DNA of 64,000 bases. Source: Eledone cirrhosa. Taxonomy: Eukaryota. The notes under the pieces were generated by a model. That model searched no databases. It saw nothing but the letters and a program-made list of their open reading frames with translations, and was not told where the DNA came from. Made by a program: the position numbers and the translations under genes. The DNA is taken from the NCBI GenBank assembly GCA_964016885.1, contig OZ024758.1, positions 4,402,001-4,466,000 of the forward strand, given 5' to 3'. Each line of letters begins with the position of its first letter. The first letter of the stretch is position 1. Shown one piece after another: positions 1 through 11,135 of this stretch.

Positions 1-95
1 CTGGTACTTTATTTTATGGACCCCGTAAGGATCAAAGGCAAAGTTAACCTTGGCGGGATTTGAACTCAGATTATACAGAGCCGTAACTCATGGTA
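1..95 (-). mobile_element. tRNA-derived SINE family 1, partial copy at window edge
   Basis: CTGGTACTTTATTTTAT.GACCCCGTAAGGAT.AAAGGCAAAGTTAACC..GGCGGGATTTGAACTCAG matches the ~25 other copies in the window; B-box GAGTTCAAATCC on the minus strand. Confidence 0.85.
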
Positions 96-2347
96 CAAAA
101 GTTTGATTTAATAATTAGGCTGTATAAGTTACAATGATAATATCATTAAAACAATACATGACCCGTAGCCGAAAAACGGGGATTGCTTTCCGGAAAGGAC
201 TAGTGGTAGATTTGTGCAGGATTATTGTTTTCAAGCTGATTGTTATCATAATTTTTTATTGTTATTGTAAGTGGATGTCTCCTTGCCTTTTCAGGATGGA
301 TACCATATTTGTGTTCTATTTGTTCCTCCCATTATGTAATCTCCTTTCCTTAAATAGCAATTACTAACAAGATATATATTGTGTGCCATACAGTTTAAGA
401 AACTCCCAGGGCAATACATGAATTCATGAGCTTGCACATAGAAACATCTGTTTCATTAGCATCAGAAAATCTTTCTCACAGGAGTCAAATTGCACAATGC
501 AGTTTATCTGGTAGTACCTACAGTGTTTTCCTAGCGGCAAAATTTATTTTCTAACTTTCCTATGTTGCCTGCAATAGACTAAACATATGCTTCAAAGGTA
601 TTTATGTCGATAAATGGCAAAGACATATGTTTCATATGTTTTAGTATGATAGTATTATATGCTTTTTGTCTTGTAAGATCCAAGAGTATGGATGTCATGA
701 ATAGGACAATCAGAAATAAGACACTTAATGAAACATTGTTCTAAATATATAATAACATAAGCAATCAAATCAGCAGCAACAGCTGTGATAATCATAACAC
801 GAGCCGTAGAAGACGTCTGGGGTCCTTGCCCCTAGGGCTACCTCCCTATTCAGTTCCATCAGCACAGAGTTGGTTACCCACATGTATGAGCCTCACGGGC
901 TGCAATGGTTTGTCCAGCACTTTTACCTCACCACCCTCCGGGGAAACGCCTGCTATATTCTGTCCACATGGGCTGCGTGGGCCCCCATTTGCATATAATA
1001 GTGATAGATGGGGATAGAGTTAGATACGGAGGTAGTTATAGTGGGAGTTTGGTTCATTTCTGTTTGGACCTGGTGTATATGAGAGATGGGGAGAGCAGGA
1101 GAGACGGTGGCAGTGACACTGGGAGTGTGGTTCCTTTGTGTTCGGCCTGGTATATTTGCATATATTTCATAGCCTTTCCCATTAAGGACTTTTCTCTCAA
1201 ATAGACTAAATATATATTTCAAGTAAATTTACGTCAAAAAATGGCAAACGCATGTTATTTGTTGTAGTATTATATTTTATATATGTTTGTGCTGTAAGAT
1301 CCAAGTGTACTTGATAAGGAATTGTAAGAATATATAAGATGACAAGTGCTAAGACTAGTTATTGATTTAGTAACATATATTGAGAATATGCTAGCGAAAC
1401 ACTTGATGTACTTTTAGGTTGTAGTATTGTTGCCAAAATATCTAAAAAAAATTCTGATTTAAAGATTTCAGATTTCAAAATAAAATTATTAGTACATTAT
1501 TCATCGAATTCTCGGGAAAACTTTCAAATTCTAACAATTGTAAGTGAAGCCTTAGATAACTTTCTTTTTCTCTAGATGATTTATGTAACTTTTCTTGCTT
1601 TGTTAATATTATGCTTCAACTAATAAACAAGGACAAAAGAGATCTCATATTGTTTCATTTTTCAAAAATATTTTCAAGAAAACAAATCACAATGAAACCA
1701 ATATTTAGAATTCTGACAATGCTTGCAGATAAAAACTGAGAACAGGTGAAAACTTCGATTAGTATGGCAAGTTTGATTTCCAACTTTATTTTTACTTTTA
1801 TCAAGAGTCTAATTCATACTTTTCTGATACTAAATATTTGACAATATCGTTGAAATTCCAAATAATATAGTTAATCATGTTACGATTTTATTTCCTTCAA
1901 GGAGGTCACGATTTTTTTACTAATTTTATACAAACCATTCTTACGACCATTGATTCAATATACTTCAGGATTCTAACACATTTTAATCATTTTTTGCTTA
2001 TTTCCTCGTTTCCCTTTATTTCCTATTTCTCTGAGTGTATTTGGTATTGGGCTTATTTATAAATTCTTCAATTAGATTTTCGCTGTTATAATCTTCATTT
2101 CACTTCCTTTATATGCTGGTCTTTATAGCGTTTGTGTGAATATCTTTTTATTTTATTCTTTTTTTTTATGTGTACAACGAACACTCTAGAATTGACAAGT
2201 TTCAAAGAGATTTTATGTAGAATAGATGTAATGGAAGAGGAAAACGTCATTCAAATAAATTATTTACCATAATAGGAAATGGTTTTCAACGGAATCTCAA
2301 GTATAATTTATGCAACTTGACGGACAGAATTTCCTACTTGTCAGAGT

Positions 2348-2625
2348 GGAAGCAGTTGGTCTGGTGGTAAGAGTATTGGACTTACGATCATAATGTCAAG
2401 GCTTTGATTCCTGGACTGAGTTGTGTGTTGTGGTCTTGAGCAAAACACTTCATTTCACGTGCCTCAATAAACTCAGCTAAACATGGGTACCAACTATAGC
2501 TGGGGGTTTAATCTGCAATGGACTGGCGTCTTATCTATGGGGGTATTGTATACTCTCAGTCAATTCACGCCACGAAACCTGGATAAGCACCTGTCTGACA
2601 AGCCTGCGGGCTTGATATAGACTTA
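2348..2625 (+). mobile_element. tRNA-derived CORE-type SINE (family 2, tail A)
   Basis: tRNA-like head, CORE-like TTGAGCAAAACACTTCATTTCACG...ACTCAGCT, then GCAATGGACTGGCGTC and GCCACGAAACC tail; homologous to 19155-19391 (-). Confidence 0.75.
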
Positions 2626-2826
2626 GACTAGACCAGATATAGTACAGTCCATATGTAACAGATGTGAGACTATATGTAACAGATGTGAGACTAAAATCTA
2701 TCATGTTACAGTAGTTGTAGTATACCTTCAAGTGTGGCTGTGTACTGGCAATTTTACAATGGGAATTATAGGCAGATTTTTTAACATATAGTACATTATA
2801 GATGTAATAATATTGTATTATTAAAA

Positions 2827-3437
2827 GGGGGATTGGCAGATTCGGTATAGGGTCTGAGGCCAGGCTTTCCAGCACAGAGTTTAACTTTGCCTTTCATCCT
2901 TACGGGGTCGATAAATTAAAGTACCAGTAATGTACTGAGTAATTGCTGGCCTTGTGCCAAAAGTAGGAAGAATTATATTATTAAAAGAGGGTGGTGGATT
3001 AGCAGAATCGTTAAAGCGTCGGACACCACGATTTGTGGCATAGAGTTACATCCCTTTACATTCTGAGTTCAAATACCAGCGAATTTAATTTTGCTTTTCA
3101 TCTTTACGGTGTCAATAAAATAAAGTACCAGTCACATACTGGGCTCGATTTCATCGGCTTTCCCTTCCCCAAAAATTGATAGCCTTCTGCCTATATAAGA
3201 AACCATTATTAAAAGAGGTTGGTGGATTGGCAGAATTGGTAGACAGTCGGATACCATAATTCCTGGCATAGAGTTATGGTCCTTTACATTCTGAGTTCAA
3301 ATCCAATCGAGTTAACGTTGCATTTCATCATTACAGAGTCGATAAAATAAAGTACCAATAAAGTACTAGGGTCGATTTAAAGGACTATCCTCTTCCCAGA
3401 AATTGCTGGCCTTGTGTCTATATCTGAAACCCTAATT
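2827..3437 (+). mobile_element. Three head-to-tail copies of SINE family 1 (~2827-2980, 2986-3210, 3214-3437)
   Basis: Each has a GGATTGGCAG-type A-box head, CTTTGCCTTTCATCCTTACGGGGTCGATAAA-type core and AGAAAC-ATTATT-type tail. Confidence 0.9.
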
Positions 3438-3489
3438 AAAACTGCTAGATAGAAGTTCAATCTTCTGAATGAGAACAGAGGTTATTTCA

Positions 3490-4113
3490 TGTCCAGCTAT
3501 ATCCTGTCCAGCTATACCATGTCCAGCTATACCATGTCCAGCTATACCATGTCCAGCTATACCATGTCCAACTATACCATCTCCAGCTATCTCACGTCCA
3601 GCTATATCATCTCCAGCTATCTCACGTCCAGCTATATCATCTCCAGCTATCTCACGTCCAGCTATATCATCTCCAGCTATCTCACGTCCAGCTATATCAT
3701 CTCCAGCTATATCATCTCCAGCTATCTCACGTCCAACTATACCATCTCCAGCTATCTCACGTCCAGCTATATCATCTCCAGCTATATCATCTCCAGCTAT
3801 CTCACGTCCAGCTATATCATCTCCAGCTATCTCACGTCCAGCTATACCATCTCCAGCTATCTCACGTCCAGCTATATCATCTCCAGCTATATCATCTCCA
3901 GCTATATCATCTCCAGCTATCTCACGTCCAGCTATACAATGTCCAGCTATACCATGTCCAGCTATCTCATGTCCAGCTATACCATGTCCAACTAAATCAT
4001 GTCCAGCTATCTCACGTCCAACTATCTCACGTCCAGCTATACCATGTCCAGCTATACCACGTCCAGCTATACCACGTCCAGCTATACCATGTCCAGCTAT
4101 ACCATGTCCAACT
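3490..4113. repeat. 15-bp minisatellite, ~41 units (CCAGCTATACCATGT / CCAGCTATCTCACGT / CCAGCTATATCATCT)
   Basis: Direct 15-nt periodicity; explains the PAISS/PAIPC and SSYII ORFs. Confidence 0.97.
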
Positions 4114-4283
4114 ACATCCTCAAGGGTTGGGTGTCTGTTAGAGATCTGAACTTATTTAATGCCATTGTTGGAAGCGAAACACCACATTTAGCGATACTTG
4201 TTTATTCTTTGTCAATTTCTAGAAACACATTTATATGAATTCCTAATTCCTTCAATCTTTACATAGATATGTATAGGTACTTC

Positions 4284-4323
<40 letters not shown>

Positions 4324-4351
4324 TGTGTTTTGTAGTTTAATTGCTATAAAT

Positions 4352-4482
4352 TAATGATTTCTGATTTAGGCTTGAGGCCAACAATTTTCGGGGAAGGTAA
4401 AGTCAATTATATCGACCCCAGTGCGTTACTGGTACTTTATTTCCTCAACCCCGTAATAATGAAAGGCAACGTTAACCTCGGC
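4352..4482 (-). mobile_element. SINE family 1, 5'-truncated long form
   Basis: Tail plus GTCAATTATATCGACCCCAGT segment plus core. Confidence 0.8.
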
Positions 4483-4839
4483 GGACAGCGTTTGGATAGT
4501 GTCAGATGCTGTGACCCCGTTGGTAGGGGTCTAAATTACCAAAGCCCAGCTGAACGGCCGATAACCATGGAGTTGTGTTCGTTTGTATTTTTTAAAATAA
4601 TTTTTTTAAGGTTTCCCCTTAAAAAAAATATTTTTCGTTGTCTTGTCCTCTTTGTTAAGTTTAGAGAATGAGAGAGTGAGAGAGAGAGTTGGAGAGTGAG
4701 AGTGAGAGAGTGAGATAGTGAGATAGTGAGAGAGTGAGCGAGTGAGAGAGTGAAAGGTGCGCGAGAGATATATAAAAAAGGGTAACCTTTAACCTAATAA
4801 TGATGTCAAGGAGTTATGAAGAATGAATTATTTATTAGG

Positions 4840-5120
4840 TGACAGGGAATGGAGACTTTTCAACTTATACAGTTTGAAATGCCGTTAGAATCAAAACCTC
4901 ATCTTCAATATTTTATGCCGACCTTTTTTTTTTCTTTTACTCAAACATTTTTTCTTTTCTGGCATTGCTCACTCTAATCTATCTTTATATTTCTCATTCT
5001 ACTTTCTGAAGAAGGACTACCATCAGAAATGTCAAGACACTTTTCATACTATATCAAGCGTAAAAGTAATATATTTCATGATTTTGCTGTGTCATTTGCT
5101 TTATTATTTCTGCGTAAATA
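4840..5120 (+). mobile_element. Penelope-like 3' end with degenerate minimal HHR (5003-5037), HHR family B
   Basis: TT-CTGAAGA-AGGAC-TACC-ATCA-GAAA-TGTC-AAGA; downstream sequence aligns with 33335-33460 (-) and 45655-45800 (-); upstream frameshifted REWRL/FQL/SL words weakly recall a PLE endonuclease tail. Confidence 0.55.
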
Positions 5121-5379
5121 CATACATGGACACAGAGACAGAGAGAGAAAGGGAGGGAGAGTGAGAAAAGAGAGGGAAAGAGAAAGATAGAGAAAAAAGA
5201 GAGAAAGAGAGGTGGGGAGCTACACATGTAGGTAGTTACAGACAAGCAGATCCGTTCTGGAACATGTATTGCACGCGGTAGTGAGAAAGGGATTATATAT
5301 GTAGTCATGCCATCTTTTCCTCACGAATATATCTAATGATCTAGATGATATTTTTGTAAAGTCTTCGTTTATATTGACT

Positions 5380-6000
5380 GAATATATATAGGCCAATACC
5401 CTCTATTTACATTTATCGATTCGATGTTTATTGGTAAACTATTGGTGTGAGTTATGATTTACTTAAGCAGGACCAAAACTAATTTATGACGAGAATGTCG
5501 AACTATATCAATTCAAATGTCACTAAATATGATTTTAGTTTTTCTGTTTTATTGAAAGTAAAATTTAAGTATTGCAAGATCATATATACCAATTGTGTTA
5601 TCCTTGAGCATTTGTGAATATTATCACTGACTCAAATGACATTAGAGATATATATTAAACATGGAGTTGAAATGGACACTAAGAATGAAATTCATAAACT
5701 ATTTATGTATTGCACATAGACATATGAATGTTATAGCGTTAAGAATGAACTTGTGCTCTATAATCCAACGCAGATTTCCTTTAATAGCCCATTAGCGAAA
5801 GGGATTCTATGGAGAAAGGTTAAAGTGTAACAAACGTATCGCAATTTATTTCCCAAATAATTAAATTTAGAATGCTGCAACTGGGAAATGGCACGGTCTA
5901 TGACACAAGACTCTTAGTTTACGTTGTAATCGACGATACTGAACATGATAAATGAAACTTCAGCAAGAGATAACCAGTGGATGGCTTGTGTCAAAAACTG
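5380..6000 (+). pseudogene. Heavily decayed Toll-like receptor C-terminal region (TM/TIR-like)
   Basis: Across frameshifts: YIPIVLSLSIC (TM-like), then MNLC..ADF..PISE..KCNKRIAIYFPN..ECCNWEMARSM..LVYVVIDD, in the order of TIR consensus LCxHxRDF..PIxENI..SxKTIxVxSxN..SxWCxxE..LIVIxLxD. Confidence 0.4.
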
Positions 6001-6677
6001 TGCTGTCTTAAATAGCAAATCTATTTCAATACATAATTGTTGCAAGAAGTTGCAAGATCATATAGCTTACATATATTTCATTAGTTCAGAGTTTCTGCTA
6101 ATTGGAATGCAGCTACGCAGATAATTCAAGAGATAGCCCGAAACTGAATAAACATCAGGCATTCCAATATAATTAAATACTGCAACAAATTAGCATTGGT
6201 TTTCAATGCTGTGTTCTATCTCTTTCAAATTACTAAATATTTTTTGTATATTTGATGTTGATGAAATTTTGACAAACTCGGACGCTAACTTGTAGACGTA
6301 TGGTTATAAACATTCTACTAATGGGCATCCGATAACGTACTAAAGCATAGGTATTCCAGAATTATGTCATACTATATTTTCCCCCATTTTACAGCACAGT
6401 ATGGTGTGTGATTCTAAAGAAAATTAGCTGCTATTACTTGCAAGCCAATCATCTTTGTAAGTCGCACATTGATGGCTCAAAAAGGAATTCATGATTGTTC
6501 AACTTTAATCAATTGGGAGACAACGTCTGAAAAGATCCCTTTATTGCCGGCAAAGGATTCAATGTCCCGTTTAGTTTTATGAGAGTGATAGTTATACAGA
6601 AATATGGAATCCTCATTCATAGAAAACCTTGAATAAACGGTTAGATTTCTTCTGTATATCTAACGCACAATTCTACG

Positions 6678-6718
<41 letters not shown>

Positions 6719-6726
<8 letters not shown>

Positions 6727-6994
6727 AATACCGACGAGTTGTTACTCCTTCATTACATTTATTGGTTGGAGACGCGTGTTTCGCCACCGATCAGCTCAAG
6801 GTTCGATCTGTATCAATCTATCCCGACTATTGTAATCCACGACTCGTCAGACACCTTTTAGTGGGTCTGACGAGCCGTGGATTAGATATCGGGCTAGTTT
6901 GATACAGATCGAACCTTGAGCTGATCGGTGGCGAAACGCGCGTCCCCAAGCAATAAACGTAATGAAGCAGTAACCACTCGTTCTTGTCTTATTT
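6719..6994. mobile_element. ~275-bp foldback of Penelope-like termini, each arm with an HHR-like core
   Basis: Two ~130-bp inverted arms around a loop at ~6853-6863; right arm CTGACGA-GCC...GGC-GAAA-CGCGCG-TC then AATAAA; abuts (TA)n 6682-6718. Confidence 0.75.
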
Positions 6995-8394
6995 TAATAT
7001 ACTACACTGTCAAGCTCTACACCTCAACGCAGAAGTGATACCTAAACATACAGTAACTCCACGTTACACTCCCTGTATGTATGTATGTATGTATGTATGT
7101 ATGTATGTACGTACGTATGTACGTGTGTGTGTGTACTGTCTGTGGCATTGTAGGTGTAAACAACTACAAAGCAAATATAGATTTGTATATGTGGCGAAAT
7201 CTTTCCACACCTTATTTTTATCACTGTTAATATGCCACTATCTTAACTTTTCAATATTTCGTGAAATGCAATGAAAGATGACAACTTTCAGTTTTATCTC
7301 CGTTTGAAAATATTTTTATTCTATGTTTCCAATGTTTTTGGCGCCAAGTTCATTTGAAAATGTCTTCAAACCAATATCGTTATGTGGATATCAAGGAAAC
7401 GTTGCTCACTCCATACTTAGCAACGTATTTCTCTTTGAAGAAAAGGAAGAATTACGGATGCATCAGCAAAATCTATGGTATTAAAGAAATATGATTGTAC
7501 AACAATAAAACATAAAGTTAAGAAAATATGGATTGAAATCCAACGTAGAATTATCGACCAGATTTCTGAAGATCTATTCAATAAAATTTCCGAGCGAAAG
7601 CAAAGGATTGAAGTAATTTTAATTAGAAGTTACTGCAGAATTGACGATGTTATTATCAGAAAGATTGCTCTTTATATCGAACGACATAGATAAATGTGAC
7701 ATATAAAATAAATTTGAAGCGTAAGGAATAAATGAATAAATAAATATACAAATATATGAAACAAGAAAATAATCTAATTTACTCAAAACTCAAAAGGATT
7801 TTGGTTATTAATTTGCTCGATAAATAATACTTTTTAACAGATAATGCAGCGAAATCTACAGTAACTGAATCAGCAATGGGAATAAAAAGGAATTATATAT
7901 TTCTTTGCATTTTTCTTTATCATTTTTATATTTATTTAATGAACCATAGAAATATTAAATATAGAAAAATATAGAAAAATATAGAAATTAAATAAACATA
8001 ATTATTTGCATCAAAATACTAGTGTGATAGCATATATTGGCTAGGAATTGCCATTTCAATTGCTTGAGGCCTGTAAAGAAATTGGAATAATTCAAAGACG
8101 AGTCCAGATTAATCCTATTTTGCTGCACCATGCGTAAGACATTCTTGATGTGTAATATGCAAGAAAAATTACAAAAATATATCTAAGAATAAATGTGTGT
8201 GCAACTATTTCACCTAATGCTAAATTTTGCAATATATCAACAAACAATATTCCGTTGAGAAATCTCTGACAAGCTTACGAAATAACAACTTTCACATATT
8301 CAATCAAAAGTAGATTTCCTCTGTTGAAATATTTATTTCGACTATAATATGAAACTTCAAACAGCGATCTTGCATTCGCGCGTGCGTGCATGCG

Positions 8395-8426
<32 letters not shown>

Positions 8427-8455
8427 AGAACAGAGGATTTATTTCGAAGTCACTA

Positions 8456-8550
8456 GACGTATCTGAAGAAATTGTGAATCCAGAGTCAGGATCGATCCAC
8501 AAATAGATCGCACCTCGAGCTGTTCGTCGGACAAACAATTGTAATACGCC
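8456..8550 (+). ncRNA. Degenerate hammerhead motif with long stem II insert
   Basis: CGTAT-CTGAAGA-(~62 nt)-CAAA-CAATTG-TA-ATACG: perfect stem I CGTAT/ATACG, palindromic stem III ACAATTGT, GAAA mutated; lies between (TA)n tracts. Confidence 0.45.
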
Positions 8551-8744
8551 GATAAATAACGTTGCGATGCATCACTGATTCTTTCATAGAGTGCTCAACT
8601 GGCATACCGCCTATGGATACATCAAACAACCTTACTACACTCCCACTCTCACCAAGCGTGAAGCTAATAACACCATGTAACATTTACTGCGTTTGTTTGT
8701 TTATTTGTCATTTTGAACTAATATATATATATATATATATATAT

Positions 8745-8970
8745 AGTAGTAATAATAAATTTGAAGATCCCGTTAAGGGTGAAAGCAGCGATTCTTTGCT
8801 TAAACTTTAATCTGTTATTTTAATAAATATATATATATATAAATATAGTAATAATAATAAATGTGAAGACTAAAATCCGAAGAGGGCCCCATAAGAACCC
8901 GTTATGAGTGAAAGCAGCGATTCTTTGCTTAAACTTTAATCTGTTATTTCAATAAATATATATATATATT
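8745..8970 (+). repeat. Direct duplication of a ~60-90-bp terminus-like unit ending in AATAAA(TA)n
   Basis: CCCGTTA.G.GTGAAAGCAGCGATTCTTTGCTTAAACTTTAATCTGTTATTT occurs twice, each followed by (TA)n. Confidence 0.8.
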
Positions 8971-8971
8971 T

Positions 8972-9063
8972 GTCGATCAACTTTCGTCAACTTGGACCGA
9001 GGAAGCAACGTGATATAAAGTGCGCCTGGTCCAAGAATCGAACTGACAACCTCACGATTGCTA
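8972..9063 (-). mobile_element. CORE-type SINE (tail B), internally deleted
   Basis: Shares GGACCGAGGAA, GCAACGTGA.ATAAAG and GAATCGAACT.ACAACCTCA.GAT with 33695-33910. Confidence 0.6.
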
Positions 9064-9145
9064 ATGTGGACCGAAACGCACCAGAGTACTCAATACTTAG
9101 GGTAGTAGAGTGGGTAATAAGAAAATAGTCACGACTCGTTTCCTA
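9064..9145 (-). mobile_element. Fragment of GAGTACTCAATACTTAGGG terminus family (putative Penelope pLTR)
   Basis: CGCACCAGAGTACTCAATACTTAGGGTAGTAGA.TGGGTAATA is nearly identical to 58110-58152. Confidence 0.65.
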
Positions 9146-9155
9146 TATATATATT

Positions 9156-9772
9156 GTTATACTTTGGGAGGGTCATGTTGCCAATAAGAAACACACGCAC
9201 CAGACGCTTTCACTTCAATTTATTATAAATTTTATAAATATAAATTTTATAAATTTCCGGTTGGTTGGTTGGTTGGTTCCACAACCGGATGGTTGTTCAT
9301 ATATTGTCAAAGTTCTCTCGTCACACATTCTGTCACCTCTTCAGTGACTGGGGATTCTTTTCTTTGTTTTGTGCCTCTCATTTGTTCTGTCCTAGGCCAT
9401 CTTGTTTTTTTGTGTGTTGTATGCTTAGTTTGCGCATGTGTTTCATCCGGGTGTGTGTGTGCGTGTGTTTATTTGTTTATTTATTTGTTTATGTTACTAG
9501 TTAATTGTGTGTTCTCTGTGTGTGTGTTTTCATTTTGTCCTTAATTATAAGTTGTGGTGTTGCTATTCCATTCATGTTTTCTATTTAATTTTGGTTGGAG
9601 TTCATTTATGTTTATTGCCTCTGCGATTTGTTTAAGCATTGCGTCTTTTCTGTGTGTAGATTCTATTTTGATCTCTATAACGATTAAATGAACACTGGCG
9701 AGAACTCCAAGATACTCATCAATACCCCACCAACATGCTAAAATAGAACATAAGGGAAAATTAGAAAATATA
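9156..9772 (-). mobile_element. 5'-truncated Penelope-like retroelement: GIY-YIG endonuclease C-terminus, 3' UTR with HHR (9306-9348), 5' inversion
   Basis: Minus 9672-9541 = IKIESTHRKDAMLKQIAEAININELQPKLNRKHEWNS..*; plus 9681-9772 = RLNEHWRELQD/SSIPHQHAKIEHKG (the preceding endonuclease segment, inverted); HHR GTCA-CTGAAGA-G-stemII-GAGA-GAAC-TT-TGAC; ends ATGACCCTCCCAAAGTATAACA next to (TA)n. Confidence 0.8.
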
Positions 9773-9862
9773 TATATATATGTTTAAGTGTTCTTATATA
9801 TTTGCTATATATTTATCCTTATCGAACCCTCTTTGGATGTTAGTCTTCAAATTTATTATTAT

Positions 9863-9865
<3 letters not shown>

Positions 9866-9906
<41 letters not shown>

Positions 9907-10682
9907 ATACACATTTATCTATACATATACATACACATATATATATACATATACATATATACATATACATATACATGTACGTACATATACATATATACAT
10001 ATACATATACATATATGTACATATACATATATGTACATATACATATATGTACATATACATATATGTACATATACATATACATATATGTACATATACATAT
10101 ATGTACATATACATATACATATATACATATACATATATGTACATATACATATACATATATACATATATGTACATATACATATACATATATACATATATGT
10201 ACATATACATATACATATATACATATATGTACATATACATATATGTACATATACATATACGTACATATACATATACATACATATACATATATACATATAT
10301 ATACATATATACATATATATACATATACATACATATATACATATACATACATATATACATATACATACATATATACATATACATATAAACATATATATAT
10401 ATACATACATACATATATATACATACATACATACATATATATACATACATACATACATATATATACATATATATATACATATACATATATATATACATAT
10501 ACATACATATACATACATATATACATATACATACATATATACATATACATACATATATATACATACACATATATACATATACATATATACATATATACAC
10601 ATATACATATATACATACATATATATATATACATATACATATATATATATATATATATACATACATATATATATACATATAT
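9866..10682. repeat. Compound (TA)n/(TACA)n/(TACATA)n microsatellite
   Basis: Direct inspection; source of the Y/I/H/T ORFs. Confidence 0.97.
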
Positions 10683-10744
10683 ATCTTTCTGTATTATTTT
10701 AAATCGTCACAACTTTATGAAGTGTTTACGTGAATCATTGTCTC

Positions 10745-11135
10745 ATTTCACTGTTCAATGAGATATATACAAAAGAACAGCCATACTTGATTTTAGGATC
10801 TTTAAAATGTCGCCATCGAAACTTGAAATGAACTTCACTCTATTCAAATACACATGTCTAAACCTCAATACGGTTCTCCTGCTATCAACCTATTTGAAAC
10901 GGCGTAAAATAATTCATGGAACTAATCGAGTTTATTGAAGCACACACCTTCCTCATCATTGTGAATAAAGAGAACGTTGAAATATAACAGTGAATGACTT
11001 GCCAATGATATTTCAATAGATTTCAAGATAAAAGGATTTGCTCCGAAAGGAATTCCAAACTAGTTGAAGAATATCCGTGGAATTTCAATAGCATTGTCTA
11101 TAAGTTGCAATATGACAACTGAATCATATGGTACG
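10745..11135 (-). pseudogene. Decayed LRR (TLR-ectodomain-like) coding remnant
   Basis: Minus strand: VPYDSVVILQLIDNAIEIPRIFFN*..LEFL/GANPFILKSIEISLAS..FNKLD*FHELFYAVSNRL..SSFDGDILKILKSS; repeated LxxLxLxxNxI spacing broken by stops and frameshifts. Confidence 0.5.

Noticed and set aside
7330-7693. ORF KKIWIEIQRRIIDQ..RIEVIL resembling a Tc1 transposase C-terminus
   Set aside because: No clear SPDLNP motif or TIR; similarity is too weak
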